A DNA stretch of 64,000 nt from an uncultured virus (IMG/VR IMGVR_UViG_3300043435_001124) (IMGVR_UViG_3300043435_001124); one strand, 5' to 3'. Positions 9,265 through 19,833 are shown, counted from the stretch's first letter. Notes: generated by a model from the sequence alone, not told the origin. Numbers and translations: made by a program.

Positions 9265-11322
9265 ATGCTATCTCATATCACGACCGATTTACATCAAGTA
9301 TATCTTGAAGAAGTTTTTACTCCTCAATTAGGGAAACCTGGGGCATCTACTCCAGCAAAATCCAAATCTTCTTCAGATATTGATGGTGACGGAGATGTTG
9401 ACTCTTTTGAGAAAAAAGTTCGTCAAGTAGTTTATGATGTTCGTCATATAATGAAAGAAAAGAAAGTTCCTGCTGAAAAAGCATTTGAACTGAGAACCTC
9501 AAAAACTAACTATGGTGCAGAAGTAATTAATACCGCGAAAGAAAAACTTGGCATTAGAGGTGGATCAGTAACTTCTGTGTCTGAAGAATCTTCTACAAGA
9601 ATGGTGAAAGTAACTATAAATTATAAAAATGGTACAATTGATAGGAGGAATGTACCTTATGGTGAAATCTCTCAATTAAGAAGTAAACCGACAATTAGTT
9701 CTGTTGAAATAAGTTCAAATAAAGTTTCTTATTCCAATTCTAGCAAAGGATTAGATCCAGTAGGTCAAGAAGACTCTGATATTAATAATGATGGTAAGGT
9801 AAATAAAACTGATGGATACCTTAAAAAAAGGAGAAGTGCAATTGGAGGCGCTATTGCATCAAGAACTTCTAAAAAGAAATTGAAAACTTATGGTGTAAGT
9901 GAAGAATTTTCAAATTGGAGAGAAGATCTTAAGGAAGTAGTTTCTAATGTTTCTGATGAAATTGCTTCAAGAAAGGAAAAGCAAATAAAAGAAAAACCTG
10001 TAAATAATTATAAAGATAAAATTGTTGTTATTAATCCAACCTTTAGTGAAAAAAATGACATTCTTGGTGGTACAATATTAGAAGCATTTGAACTTAATGA
10101 AGACTATCTTAATGAGGCAGTAGATATTGCTACTGAGTTTTTCTGTAACTGCGGACTAAATGAGAATGGAGTTTATAGTGTTATTGAAGAACTTGGGGAA
10201 GAAAAATTCACTGAATTTGTTTTTGATCTTGCTGAAGAATATTTCTTAAGTGAATCTAGAACTTTAATTGGAAAGAAAAAATCTCCTGCAACTGGAAAAC
10301 AATTAGGAATTTCTAGAAAAGCAGCACCAGGAAAAACAACAAAAGCAGCAGTTGAAAAGGGTGGAACTACTTCTAAAATGCAATCAGCACCTCGCTCCGG
10401 AACTATTAAGAAAAAAGATATTGGAAAAGCAATAGATGCAGATAAAGCAAAACAGGCAGTAGATACCGCAAAAAAAACTCAAGCACCTTCATCCGAAAAA
10501 TCTAGGCCTGCCGGACAAGAAAAAATTCGTCAAACAGCGAAGTCGGCAATTGCAAGAGCAACATCACCCGAAGCAAAAAAAACTGTTGGTAATATCGCAA
10601 AAGGTGCTGCCGATACTGTTGCTAGAGTTGGACTTTCTGCTTGGGAAGGTCATAAGAAAGCAATGGAAACTAAAAAGAAAGGTGGATCTGTTGCACAACA
10701 ACTTGGTTCAGGTGCTGGAAAGGCATTGAAAAGTTTTTTCACAAGGGGAACTAAACAATTTAAAGAATGGGTTGAGTACTTGATTAGTGAAGGATATGAT
10801 CTTTCTGATTCGACTACTGAAGAACTCTATGAAGAATATGGATACTTATGTGAGAAGGCGGAAAGTGAGCAACAGCAAAAACTTTTTGGACTTGCTCTCT
10901 CAGTAAAGCGTGGCGACACACCAAGATCTGAAGCAAGTGCTGAAGTTATTAAAATTGTTGATACTATGAGTGAAAAGAAAATACGTGATTTTGCATCAAC
11001 TTCTCATAGTGAAGTTCCTAAAAAAAAAGTAACTGAAGCGATTTCTAGAGTAAGACCTGGCCGCCGCACGGATACCGAAAGCCGACAGAGGGAGATTATG
11101 AAAATACAAACGGATAATGCAAGAGAAAAAATTGGTGAAGATATAGATTCTTTTGCAACGGCCAATCCAAATATATCTACATTGAATGTGAGAATTGCTA
11201 GATTGAAAGCGTTAAATGATCCGAATAAGGAAAAACTACTAAAGACGTTAATTACTCAACAACAAAGACTTGAATTGCAGGCATCGACAAAAAAAACTAA
11301 GGTATCCGAACCTCAAACATAA
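9265..11322 (+). CDS. Large modular Lys/Ala/Glu-rich protein, probable virion/internal protein
   Basis: Alternating acidic and basic blocks; EF-hand-like DIDGDGDVD and DINNDGKV; KAESEQQQKLFGLAL module. Confidence 0.6.
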   Translation: MLSHITTDLHQVYLEEVFTPQLGKPGASTPAKSKSSSDIDGDGDVDSFEKKVRQVVYDVRHIMKEKKVPAEKAFELRTSKTNYGAEVINTAKEKLGIRGGSVTSVSEESSTRMVKVTINYKNGTIDRRNVPYGEISQLRSKPTISSVEISSNKVSYSNSSKGLDPVGQEDSDINNDGKVNKTDGYLKKRRSAIGGAIASRTSKKKLKTYGVSEEFSNWREDLKEVVSNVSDEIASRKEKQIKEKPVNNYKDKIVVINPTFSEKNDILGGTILEAFELNEDYLNEAVDIATEFFCNCGLNENGVYSVIEELGEEKFTEFVFDLAEEYFLSESRTLIGKKKSPATGKQLGISRKAAPGKTTKAAVEKGGTTSKMQSAPRSGTIKKKDIGKAIDADKAKQAVDTAKKTQAPSSEKSRPAGQEKIRQTAKSAIARATSPEAKKTVGNIAKGAADTVARVGLSAWEGHKKAMETKKKGGSVAQQLGSGAGKALKSFFTRGTKQFKEWVEYLISEGYDLSDSTTEELYEEYGYLCEKAESEQQQKLFGLALSVKRGDTPRSEASAEVIKIVDTMSEKKIRDFASTSHSEVPKKKVTEAISRVRPGRRTDTESRQREIMKIQTDNAREKIGEDIDSFATANPNISTLNVRIARLKALNDPNKEKLLKTLITQQQRLELQASTKKTKVSEPQT

Positions 11323-11517
11323 AATGTTTTTTATGAACCAGAAGGCGATGTAATTTGTGAAAAAATAAGATAATAAAAATTTACGAACAAAAACTACCCC
11401 CCATCTCCGACAGATCATAGACTAAGATTTGGAAAATTTGATGAATTGTTAAAATAAGTAAAATCTCTAAATATATTAGGATACAAAATCTCAAACAAAT
11501 TCATTCGGGAGAAAACA

Positions 11518-11700
11518 ATGAAATTCAATGTATTAATTAAACTCGGTGAAAATCTTGTCGAAATGTTCTGGGAGAGTTGCGAAGTTAAAAGATTCGTAGT
11601 ACGTCTTCTTGAAAAGTATGCAAAAAGTACCGATAATGATATTGATGATGTTGCGGTGAACTTAGTGAAAACAAAACTTCTCAATAACTGCCCAGAGTGA
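11518..11700 (+). CDS. Conserved hypothetical protein
   Basis: LLEKYAKSTDNDIDD motif; GGAG Shine-Dalgarno. Confidence 0.65.
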   Translation: MKFNVLIKLGENLVEMFWESCEVKRFVVRLLEKYAKSTDNDIDDVAVNLVKTKLLNNCPE

Positions 11701-11870
11701 TGTTGGAGTGTTTTCTTCTTAACTGGGGAATTGCTCTTATTCTGGCTTTATTATTAGGATTGTCCGAAGCACTAGATGAAATTCCAAGTGTGAAGGCAAA
11801 TAGTGTTCATAGATTAATTAAAAATATTTTAATATCATTAGTCAAAAAAGATAAAACAAAGGAGAAGTGA
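11700..11870 (+). CDS. Small membrane protein (not in ORF track)
   Basis: MLECFLLNWGIALILALLLGLSEAL...; TGATG coupling to the upstream ORF; followed by a terminator. Confidence 0.55.
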   Translation: MLECFLLNWGIALILALLLGLSEALDEIPSVKANSVHRLIKNILISLVKKDKTKEK

Positions 11871-11893
11871 GAACTTCTCTTTTTTTATAAATA
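11861..11893 (+). promoter_or_regulatory. Terminator plus T4-type late promoter
   Basis: GGAGAAGT-GAGA-ACTTCTCT stem with T-run, then TATAAATA at 11886-11893. Confidence 0.75.
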
Positions 11894-11927
11894 CTCATAG
11901 CAAAAAAAATAGTAAAAGGTAAAAAGA

Positions 11928-12827
11928 ATGGCACTCTGGGGAACTGCAGATAGTCTTTATTCGGTAGGAATTGTAACAGTAAACTACTCAACAAAACAAG
12001 TTATTGGATCTGGTACATCATTTACTGCTGTTGGAATTTCTACTGGTGATGTAATTACTATTGGAGCAGGTGGAACTTTTGGTTCAGCAGTAATTTCTGG
12101 AATTACTTCTGATACACTTATTTCAATTGCTACAACGCAATATTTAAGTGGTGCTGTTATTTCTGGAGTTGCTTATACACTTTCTGAGAGACCAGTATAT
12201 ACTCTTGAAGATTCAAACTACTCTTCAAATGTTGTTGGTCTAACTTCAACGGTTCCAACTCATAACATTTATGGTGTTGACATCTATGAAATGGCATCAC
12301 TGACACCTGGTAATAGTGGTCTTGCTACACAATACGGTGGATTCCATGCGGGATGGGTTGGTATTCATACTTATATTGATATGCATGGTAATCTAAGAGT
12401 TAAATCAGAAACTCTTGTAGCAATGTCAGGAATTACAACTCTAGGGCAAGCGACATTTACTGCTGCTGGAGATGCTCTTGATGATTCTATATTCCCAGAT
12501 CGTTATATTACTATTACTACTCAACCGGTAAGTTTGGTTGGCGTTGCTACAACTTCTACACAATCATTCTCAGTTGTTGCATCAGCAACACCAGATGCTA
12601 CTCTTGCTTATCAATGGCAGTATTCATCCAATGCGGGTGTTGCATATACTGCAATTACCAGTCCTCTTAATAATATCGTTTATACTGGAACGACTGGAAC
12701 TACCTTGGGAATTGGAAGCACAACAGTTGGCGCAAATAGACCAGATGGTTTCTACTACCGTGTTGGAGTATCTACAACTGGCGTAGCAACTGTATTCTCC
12801 AATGGTGTAATTCTTGACTATGTTTGA
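11928..12827 (+). CDS. Virion structural protein (beta-rich, C-terminal Ig-like domain)
   Basis: MALWG start; HAGWVG...RVKSETLVAMS; ITTQP...YQWQYS; late promoter upstream. Confidence 0.75.
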   Translation: MALWGTADSLYSVGIVTVNYSTKQVIGSGTSFTAVGISTGDVITIGAGGTFGSAVISGITSDTLISIATTQYLSGAVISGVAYTLSERPVYTLEDSNYSSNVVGLTSTVPTHNIYGVDIYEMASLTPGNSGLATQYGGFHAGWVGIHTYIDMHGNLRVKSETLVAMSGITTLGQATFTAAGDALDDSIFPDRYITITTQPVSLVGVATTSTQSFSVVASATPDATLAYQWQYSSNAGVAYTAITSPLNNIVYTGTTGTTLGIGSTTVGANRPDGFYYRVGVSTTGVATVFSNGVILDYV

Positions 12828-12833
12828 TAATAT

Positions 12834-13220
12834 ATGATATTCAATGAACTAAATGAAGACAACTTTTTATTATTTGCTATTAAGAATTATGAAAATCCTC
12901 AAGCAGTCGCTAAAGAAGATTTTGATAAAGACTTAAATCATTTCAAATATATTAAAAGACTTTTAAAAAGGTATAAAAAAACAGGTGAATTAAAAACTCA
13001 CCTGTTAATTAATCACTTTATTGTTTTGTATAATATATTTGGTGAGGCAACTACTCCTATGTTATTTTTTAAATTGGAAAGAGAAATGTGGTCTCAAGTA
13101 AAAACTTTTATAATGTTTTTAAATCGTTTACCTGAGTTTCCAAAGTCTTATCTTAATGATATTCAAGTAGATTTAAATTGTTTAGAGCAACTTCAAAAAA
13201 TTTACATTAAAGATGAATAA
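12834..13220 (+). CDS. Conserved T4-like hypothetical protein
   Basis: LFAIKNYENPQ...FKYIKRLL...HLLINHFIVLYNIFG. Confidence 0.75.
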   Translation: MIFNELNEDNFLLFAIKNYENPQAVAKEDFDKDLNHFKYIKRLLKRYKKTGELKTHLLINHFIVLYNIFGEATTPMLFFKLEREMWSQVKTFIMFLNRLPEFPKSYLNDIQVDLNCLEQLQKIYIKDE

Positions 13221-13443
13221 GATTGATAGGGTTATACAATATTTTAGAAATCTTAAAGAGGAAGCGCCAACAATGTCTTCTGGAAATGGAGGATTTAGTG
13301 GATCTTCTTCTTCTCAAGGTCCAACTGCAGGATTTGATCCCGTAATTGGATTTAGAAAAAGAATAGGTGGAAAAATTGATGGCAGATCTGTAGCAAAAAA
13401 ATATAAAAATTGGATGAAATCTTTGGGATTACTTGAAAGATAA
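13213..13443 (+). CDS. Hypothetical protein (possible internal head protein)
   Basis: LKEEAPTMS...GPTAGFDP. Confidence 0.6.
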   Translation: MNKIDRVIQYFRNLKEEAPTMSSGNGGFSGSSSSQGPTAGFDPVIGFRKRIGGKIDGRSVAKKYKNWMKSLGLLER

Positions 13444-13515
13444 ATATAATTAATAGAAGTTTATTCTATGCTAAGGTGAGTTACAGGATACTAAACACTT
13501 ACCCAAAGCAACGTC

Positions 13516-13902
13516 ATGTCCGAAGAATCCGTAAAGATCGCCGTGTTGGAACAAAAATTGGTAGATCTTAAAGATATAGTATTAAAAATTGATGATGCTA
13601 TTGAAAAATTAAGTGAAGTAAACATTAACGTAGGAAAAATGCTTGCCGTCCATGAGCAAAAAATTGCAAAACAAGAAACTACGGACGAGATACTATTTGC
13701 AAAAATTGACAAACTCCGTGATAAAATGGACGGCGATCATAACAAGGTATTGTCTAGAATACAAGAAATAGAAAAGCGTATTTGGGTTGGCGTAGGAGCA
13801 ATTGCTACACTCTCATTTTTAATTAATCATTCTTCTCTTGTTGGAAAATTCTTGACTCCAGAACCAGCACCTGTTATAATACAGGAGAATATTAAGAACT
13901 AG
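13516..13902 (+). CDS. Coiled-coil protein with C-terminal transmembrane helix
   Basis: Heptad pattern followed by hydrophobic IWVGVGAIATLSFLI. Confidence 0.65.
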   Translation: MSEESVKIAVLEQKLVDLKDIVLKIDDAIEKLSEVNINVGKMLAVHEQKIAKQETTDEILFAKIDKLRDKMDGDHNKVLSRIQEIEKRIWVGVGAIATLSFLINHSSLVGKFLTPEPAPVIIQENIKN

Positions 13903-13904
13903 TT

Positions 13905-14873
13905 ATGAATTTGATTGAGGATAAGTTTATCAATCTTTTATCTCTTCGTTTAGAAAAATTTAAAAAGATTAAACCGGGACTTTATAATTGCCGTTGTCCT
14001 ATTTGTGGAGACTCCCAAAAAAATAAATCAAAAGCAAGAGGATATTTTTATGATGTAAAAAATAACACTAATTTTAAGTGTCATAATTGTGGTGTAAACA
14101 TATCTTTTAATAATTTTTTAAAACAAATTGACCCAATTTTATATCGGCAATTTTCTATTGAGAAATTTAAAACTGGAACTACTGGGAAGAATTTTGTAGT
14201 TGAAGAACCCAAGTTTCACTTTGAAAAACCGAAGTTTCAAATTAAATTGAATCTTCCGAAAGCAACAGAAAATGAGGAAGCAAAAAAATATTTGGAAAGT
14301 AGAAAATTAAATCCTAATAAATTTTATTACAGTGAAAAATTTAAATCCTGGGTCAACTCAATACAACACACATTTTCAGATTTAAAGTATGAAGAACCAA
14401 GAATAGTAATCCCACTACTTTATAATAATAAGTTTGTGGGACTTCAAGGAAGATCTTTAAATTTAAAGTCTATTAAATATATTACTATAATGTTTGATGA
14501 TGACGCACCAAAAATCTATGGTCTCGATGAAGTCCAAAAAAACAAAACTGTCTACATCGTGGAAGGTCCATTTGATTCCACATTCATTCTCAATTCAATT
14601 GCTTTATGTGGAGCTGATGGTGATCTTGATAAGTGGAATATTCACAATCGTGTTTGGATATACGATAACGAACCTCGTAATGCCGAGATTCACAAACGAA
14701 TCGCAAAATGTATTGATAATGAAGAGAGAGTCGTAATTTGGCCCGAAACAATTAAATGTAAGGACATTAACGATATGGTTTTATCTGGACTTAATGTTCA
14801 GTCTGTGATAGAATCAAATACTTACTCTGGTTTAGAAGCAAAACTTAAATTCACTACCTGGAAGAAAATATGA
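13905..14873 (+). CDS. 61: DNA primase gp61
   Basis: CPICGDS...CHNC zinc finger; TOPRIM VEGPFDS; DNEPRN; KDINDM. Confidence 0.95.
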   Translation: MNLIEDKFINLLSLRLEKFKKIKPGLYNCRCPICGDSQKNKSKARGYFYDVKNNTNFKCHNCGVNISFNNFLKQIDPILYRQFSIEKFKTGTTGKNFVVEEPKFHFEKPKFQIKLNLPKATENEEAKKYLESRKLNPNKFYYSEKFKSWVNSIQHTFSDLKYEEPRIVIPLLYNNKFVGLQGRSLNLKSIKYITIMFDDDAPKIYGLDEVQKNKTVYIVEGPFDSTFILNSIALCGADGDLDKWNIHNRVWIYDNEPRNAEIHKRIAKCIDNEERVVIWPETIKCKDINDMVLSGLNVQSVIESNTYSGLEAKLKFTTWKKI

Positions 14874-17173
14874 GCAATGGAACAAACGTAGTCAAGAGAA
14901 ATGGTTTAATTGAATCTCTTGACCTAGATAAGATGCACTTGATGGTTGAAGAGGCATGTAAGGGTCTTGCAGGTGTCTCTGCGAGTCAAGTTGAGATGAC
15001 CTCTGGTATTCAATTCTATAGTGGAATCTCCACTCAAGAAATACAAGAAATTCTTATTCGCAGTGCAAGTGATCTTATTGATTTGGATCATCCAAACTAT
15101 CAATTTGTTGCCGCCCGACTTCTTTTATTTTCTGTTCGCAAGCAACTTTATGGGAAGATGAAGGAACTTCCTAATCTTGAGCAACACATTTACCAGTGTG
15201 TTAATCATGAAGTTTATGATAAGGATATTTTCAACAAATACTCCAAAGAAGAAATTGAACGTGCGGATTCTTATATTGATCACGACCGAGACTACCTGTT
15301 CACTTATGCAGGTCTTCGTCAAGTAGTTGATAAGTATTTGGTTCAAGATCGTAGTAGTGGTGGAGTATATGAAACACCACAATTCATGTATATAATGATT
15401 GCTCTGACTATCTTTGCAGAGTATCCGAAAGAAACTAGAATGTCTTACGTCAAGAGGTATTATGACGCAATATCCAAACACAAAATCAACATTCCCACAC
15501 CAATCATGGCGGGTGTTAGAACCCCACTTCGTCAATTTGCATCTTGTGTTTTGGTTGATGTTGATGACACCCTCGATAGCATCTTTAGCAGCGATATGGC
15601 TATTGGCAGGTATATCTCACAGAGGGCTGGTATTGGTATCAACGCAGGCCGAATCCGTGGTATCAACTCTAAAATCCGAGGTGGAGAAGTTCAGCACACT
15701 GGTGTTGTTCCTTTCCTTAAAAAGTTTGAATCCACTGTACGATGCTGCACCCAAAATGGAATCCGGGGTGGATCTGCTACGGTTCATTTTCCAATCTGGC
15801 ACCAAGAAATAGGGGATATTCTTGTACTGAAAAATAACAAGGGAACTGAAGATAATCGTGTTCGCAAACTTGATTATTCAATTCAACTTAGTAAAATCTT
15901 TTATGAAAGGTTCATTCAAGATGGTGAGATTACTTTGTTCTCTCCGCATGATGTACCTAGACTTTATGATTCTTTTGGTCTTCCTGAGTTTGATTCTCTT
16001 TATGTAGAATATGAGAATAATTCATCCATTCCAAAGAAAACTATTCGGGCACAAGACCTCATTCTCAGTCTCCTCAAAGAACGTGCTGAAACTGGTCGTA
16101 TCTACATTATGAATATTGATCATTGTAATTCACATAGTTCCTATAAGGACCAAATTACAATGAGTAATCTTTGTCAAGAAATTACAGAACCCACAACACC
16201 AATCCAACATATTGATGATGATGGACCTCAAGAAATTGCCACTTGTATTCTATCTGCAATAAATGTTGGTAAAGTAAAATCTGATGAGGAACTTGAGGAA
16301 CTTTGCAATCTCTCTATTCGTTCTTTAGAGGAACTTATTGATTATCAAAACTATCCTGTCAAGGCAGCGGAAAACTTTACCAAGCGCCGTAGATCTCTTG
16401 GAATAGGTTATATTGGTCTTGCGCACTACCTTGCTAAACTTGGGTTCAACTACGACTCACAAGAGGCGTGGGATGCCGTTCACGGTCTTTCTGAGTCCTT
16501 CCAGTATTACCTTCTTAAAGTATCCAATCAGATTGCTAAAGAGAAGGGTCATTGTGAATATTTTGGTCGTACTAAGTATGCTGATGGCATTCTTCCTATT
16601 GATACATATAAAAAAGACGTAGATCAAATTTCATCCACACCACTTCAACATGATTGGGAAAGTCTTAGGGCATCTATCCTGGAACACGGTCTCCGGCACT
16701 CAACACTGTCCGCACAGATGCCTTCTGAGAGCAGTTCCGTTGTGTCAAATGCAACAAATGGAATTGAACCACCTCGTGGATACTTGTCCATTAAAAAGTC
16801 CAAGAAAGGACCACTTAAGCAAATTGTACCTCAGTATCAATCACTTAAAAATAATTATACGCTTCTTTGGAATATGCCTAGCAATCGGGGTTATATTAAT
16901 ATTGTTGCTGTTATGCAAAAGTTCTTCGATCAAGCAATTTCTGGAAACTGGTCGTATAACCCAGAAAATTATGCCGATAATGAGGTTCCTGTTAGCGTAA
17001 TGGCACAAGATATGCTCACTTGTTTTAAGTTGGGACATAAAACCGCCTACTATCAAAACACTTATGATATTAAGACTGATGAGGTAGTTGAAGAATCAAA
17101 ACCAGAACTTCAATCTCTTCTAAATGATATTATAAGTTCTGATGAAGATGCGTGTGAAAGTTGTGCGATCTAA
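14870..17173 (+). CDS. nrdA: Class Ia ribonucleotide reductase alpha subunit
   Basis: ATP cone; QFASCVL; SNLCQEI; AQMPSESSS; C-terminal CESC. Confidence 0.98.
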   Translation: MSNGTNVVKRNGLIESLDLDKMHLMVEEACKGLAGVSASQVEMTSGIQFYSGISTQEIQEILIRSASDLIDLDHPNYQFVAARLLLFSVRKQLYGKMKELPNLEQHIYQCVNHEVYDKDIFNKYSKEEIERADSYIDHDRDYLFTYAGLRQVVDKYLVQDRSSGGVYETPQFMYIMIALTIFAEYPKETRMSYVKRYYDAISKHKINIPTPIMAGVRTPLRQFASCVLVDVDDTLDSIFSSDMAIGRYISQRAGIGINAGRIRGINSKIRGGEVQHTGVVPFLKKFESTVRCCTQNGIRGGSATVHFPIWHQEIGDILVLKNNKGTEDNRVRKLDYSIQLSKIFYERFIQDGEITLFSPHDVPRLYDSFGLPEFDSLYVEYENNSSIPKKTIRAQDLILSLLKERAETGRIYIMNIDHCNSHSSYKDQITMSNLCQEITEPTTPIQHIDDDGPQEIATCILSAINVGKVKSDEELEELCNLSIRSLEELIDYQNYPVKAAENFTKRRRSLGIGYIGLAHYLAKLGFNYDSQEAWDAVHGLSESFQYYLLKVSNQIAKEKGHCEYFGRTKYADGILPIDTYKKDVDQISSTPLQHDWESLRASILEHGLRHSTLSAQMPSESSSVVSNATNGIEPPRGYLSIKKSKKGPLKQIVPQYQSLKNNYTLLWNMPSNRGYINIVAVMQKFFDQAISGNWSYNPENYADNEVPVSVMAQDMLTCFKLGHKTAYYQNTYDIKTDEVVEESKPELQSLLNDIISSDEDACESCAI

Positions 17174-17241
17174 GTTTCATAACAATTAAAAACCTTAAAT
17201 ATGTTAGGGTGAGTTGAGTTCAAATTAATTAAAGAAAAAGT

Positions 17242-18417
17242 ATGCAGTACAATTTTATGGCACCAGAAGAGCAAAACATTAAAGGAATGACGGTTTTTAA
17301 TACTAAAGAAGTGGATACTAAAAAGCAACCAATGTTTTTTGGTGCTCCTCTAGGAGTTCAAAGATATGACTCATATAAGTATCCAGTTTTTGATAAATTA
17401 ACCCAACAACAATTAAGTTATTTTTGGAGACCCGAAGAAATCTCACTTCAAAAAGATCGCGGAGATTATCAAACTCTCCGTTCAGAACAGAAGCATATTT
17501 TTACTTCTAATTTGAAGTATCAGATTATGCTTGATTCTATTCAAGGTCGTGGTCCCGGTATGGCATTTTTACCATATTGTTCGCTTCCTGAACTAGAGGC
17601 ATGTATGACTGTGTGGGAATTTATGGAGATGATCCATAGTCGCTCATACACTTATATTATCAAAAATATCTATTCAGATCCTTGCGAAATTTTTGATACA
17701 ATTATTCATGATGAGCGTATTCTAGAACGCGCCGCAAGTATTACTGAATCTTATGATGAATTTATTCAATCAGCACAAAGTTATGGTACTTCTGAATCTT
17801 GGAAGCACAGACTTGAAGGAGTTAATTACGCAAAGGAGAATCTCAACGATGTTAAAAGAAAACTTTACAGAGCAGTCGCAAACGTTAATATTCTTGAAGG
17901 TATTCGCTTCTACGTTAGTTTTGCTTGCAGTTTCGCCTTTGGTGAACTCAAACTTATGGAAGGATCTGCGAAAATCATATCACTCATCGCAAGAGATGAA
18001 TCACAACATTTAGCACTCACACAAAACATTCTAAACAAATGGAAAGAGGGTGATGATCCTGAAATGCAACAGATTGCAAAAGAAGAAGAGGAGTGGGTTT
18101 ATGCGATGTTTGATCGTGCGGTAAATGAAGAAAAGAAGTGGGCAGACTATCTTTTCAAAGATGGGTCTATGATTGGTCTTAATGATAAACTTCTTCAGAG
18201 ATATGTTGAATGGATTGCAAATCGCCGTATGAAAGCAATTGGCCTCAAACCAGTTTATGATATTCCTGCGAATAATAACCCACTTCCTTGGACTTCTCAC
18301 TGGTTGAATTCGAAAGGTCTTCAGGTGGCCCCTCAGGAAGTGGAAGTTGAAGCATATTTGATTGGTGGAATCAAACAGGATGTTAAGACAGATACATTTA
18401 GTGGATTTAAACTTTAA
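17242..18417 (+). CDS. nrdB: Ribonucleotide reductase beta subunit
   Basis: FWRPEE; EMIHSRSY; LEGIRFYVSF; RDESQH; VAPQE. Confidence 0.98.
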   Translation: MQYNFMAPEEQNIKGMTVFNTKEVDTKKQPMFFGAPLGVQRYDSYKYPVFDKLTQQQLSYFWRPEEISLQKDRGDYQTLRSEQKHIFTSNLKYQIMLDSIQGRGPGMAFLPYCSLPELEACMTVWEFMEMIHSRSYTYIIKNIYSDPCEIFDTIIHDERILERAASITESYDEFIQSAQSYGTSESWKHRLEGVNYAKENLNDVKRKLYRAVANVNILEGIRFYVSFACSFAFGELKLMEGSAKIISLIARDESQHLALTQNILNKWKEGDDPEMQQIAKEEEEWVYAMFDRAVNEEKKWADYLFKDGSMIGLNDKLLQRYVEWIANRRMKAIGLKPVYDIPANNNPLPWTSHWLNSKGLQVAPQEVEVEAYLIGGIKQDVKTDTFSGFKL

Positions 18418-18423
18418 TGTATT

Positions 18424-18454
18424 GGGAGTTTCTAACTCCCTTTTTTTATAAATA
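18424..18454 (+). promoter_or_regulatory. Terminator plus late promoter
   Basis: GGGAGTT-TCT-AACTCCC stem with T-run, then TATAAATA. Confidence 0.75.
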
Positions 18455-18483
18455 AATATAAATTGTAAGACTTTAAAATTAAA

Positions 18484-19812
18484 ATGACCTCTTTCAACAT
18501 TTACGAAGCATACGCTGCTGTTTATAATGAAGACCTTAGAGAAGATATTCTTTCTGTTGATGAAGAATTTGAATTCATTGATGGGTTGAGTGATAATGAA
18601 CTTGATGAAGTAATGGAAGAAATAATTTCAGAAGGAACCGATATTTCTGAATGTTTTGAAGTATTTGATGAAATTATTTCGGAAGCAAAAGTAACTATTG
18701 GTGCTGGTTCAGGTGGAGAAGGAGTTGAACCTAGAACAGTAAAATATGGTTCTGCCAAAGTTACCTCAGGAAGAGGTTCTGTAATGGCAGCAAAAGAAAG
18801 GCAATCTGCAAGAAAAGCATCAAGAAGAGCAGAAAGAGTAGAAAGAATCAAATCTTCTGTAAAAAGAGCAGCAGAAAAGGTAAAAACAAAATCTGCTGGT
18901 GTAGTATCTGCTGCTGCTGGTGGTGCTGCTGAAGCAGGTAGATCTGCTAAAGGTGCTGCTAGTGCAGCTAAGAAAAAAGTAACTGGAAAACTTGCTGCAG
19001 CAAAGGAAAGAATTAAAGGTGCTGTTAAATCTGGTAGAAGTGCCGTTGCTGGTGGTCTTCGCAAAGCAGCATCAAAAATTGAACCAAAAGAAACCGAGAA
19101 AAAAGGTAAGGAAATAAAAGATGCTGCTAAAGAAAGAATTTCCACAATTCGCCCAAATCTAGGTGTAGGAAGAAAAGAACGTGTATCTTCCGCTGGAATT
19201 AGATCAACTGGTGGACCAATAGGTCGTTCGGGGAGTCAAGGTAGAGCACTTCCTCCTGTAGGAAAAACAAAATCTGGAAAGACTTTAACATCTTCTCAGA
19301 GATCTACTCAAACTTCAGCACAGAATAGGAGACTTTCATCAAGACTTGGTGAAAATTTTGATCTTCTTGCTGGAATAATTCTTGAGGATTTAATCAACGA
19401 AGGTTATGCAGAAACCTTTGAAGAAGCACTTTATGTTCTTGAATCAATGTCTGATTATGCTGTAGGTGATATTGCAGAATCTTATCTTGCAGAAGAAGTT
19501 GAAACTGTTGATCTGTATGATGTAGTTCTAGAGCACCTACTTGATGAAGGTTATGCGGATACTGAAGATGAAGCTTCTGTAATCATGGCAAATATGAGTG
19601 AGGAGTGGAGAGATGAAATTCTTGAAACCAAACTTGATCCAAGAGGTCGCCCCGCTTCTGGTCCAATGAATGCATATTCCAAACCAAAATCAAAACCAGA
19701 CCAAGCACATTTAGATGCTATCAAATCATATGAAGAGAAGCAGAAAAAGAAAACTCCAGAGCAAAAAGCAGCGGAACTAAAGGCTTACAGGGAAAGACAA
19801 GAAAATAGATGA
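18484..19812 (+). CDS. Acidic/basic modular protein, probable internal head protein
   Basis: Late promoter; repeated L.DEGYA.T...A..IM..MS modules flanking a K/A/R-rich core. Confidence 0.6.
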   Translation: MTSFNIYEAYAAVYNEDLREDILSVDEEFEFIDGLSDNELDEVMEEIISEGTDISECFEVFDEIISEAKVTIGAGSGGEGVEPRTVKYGSAKVTSGRGSVMAAKERQSARKASRRAERVERIKSSVKRAAEKVKTKSAGVVSAAAGGAAEAGRSAKGAASAAKKKVTGKLAAAKERIKGAVKSGRSAVAGGLRKAASKIEPKETEKKGKEIKDAAKERISTIRPNLGVGRKERVSSAGIRSTGGPIGRSGSQGRALPPVGKTKSGKTLTSSQRSTQTSAQNRRLSSRLGENFDLLAGIILEDLINEGYAETFEEALYVLESMSDYAVGDIAESYLAEEVETVDLYDVVLEHLLDEGYADTEDEASVIMANMSEEWRDEILETKLDPRGRPASGPMNAYSKPKSKPDQAHLDAIKSYEEKQKKKTPEQKAAELKAYRERQENR

Positions 19813-19833
19813 GTTAAATATTAAATTATAAGT

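Noticed and set aside
3065..18417. Inteins or introns in gp43, gp41, nrdA or nrdB
   Set aside because: Lengths are normal, motifs are contiguous, and no intein terminal signatures or frame breaks were seen.
18522..19145. 207-aa antisense ORF
   Set aside because: Shadow of the Ala/Lys-rich sense gene; low complexity, no RBS or promoter.
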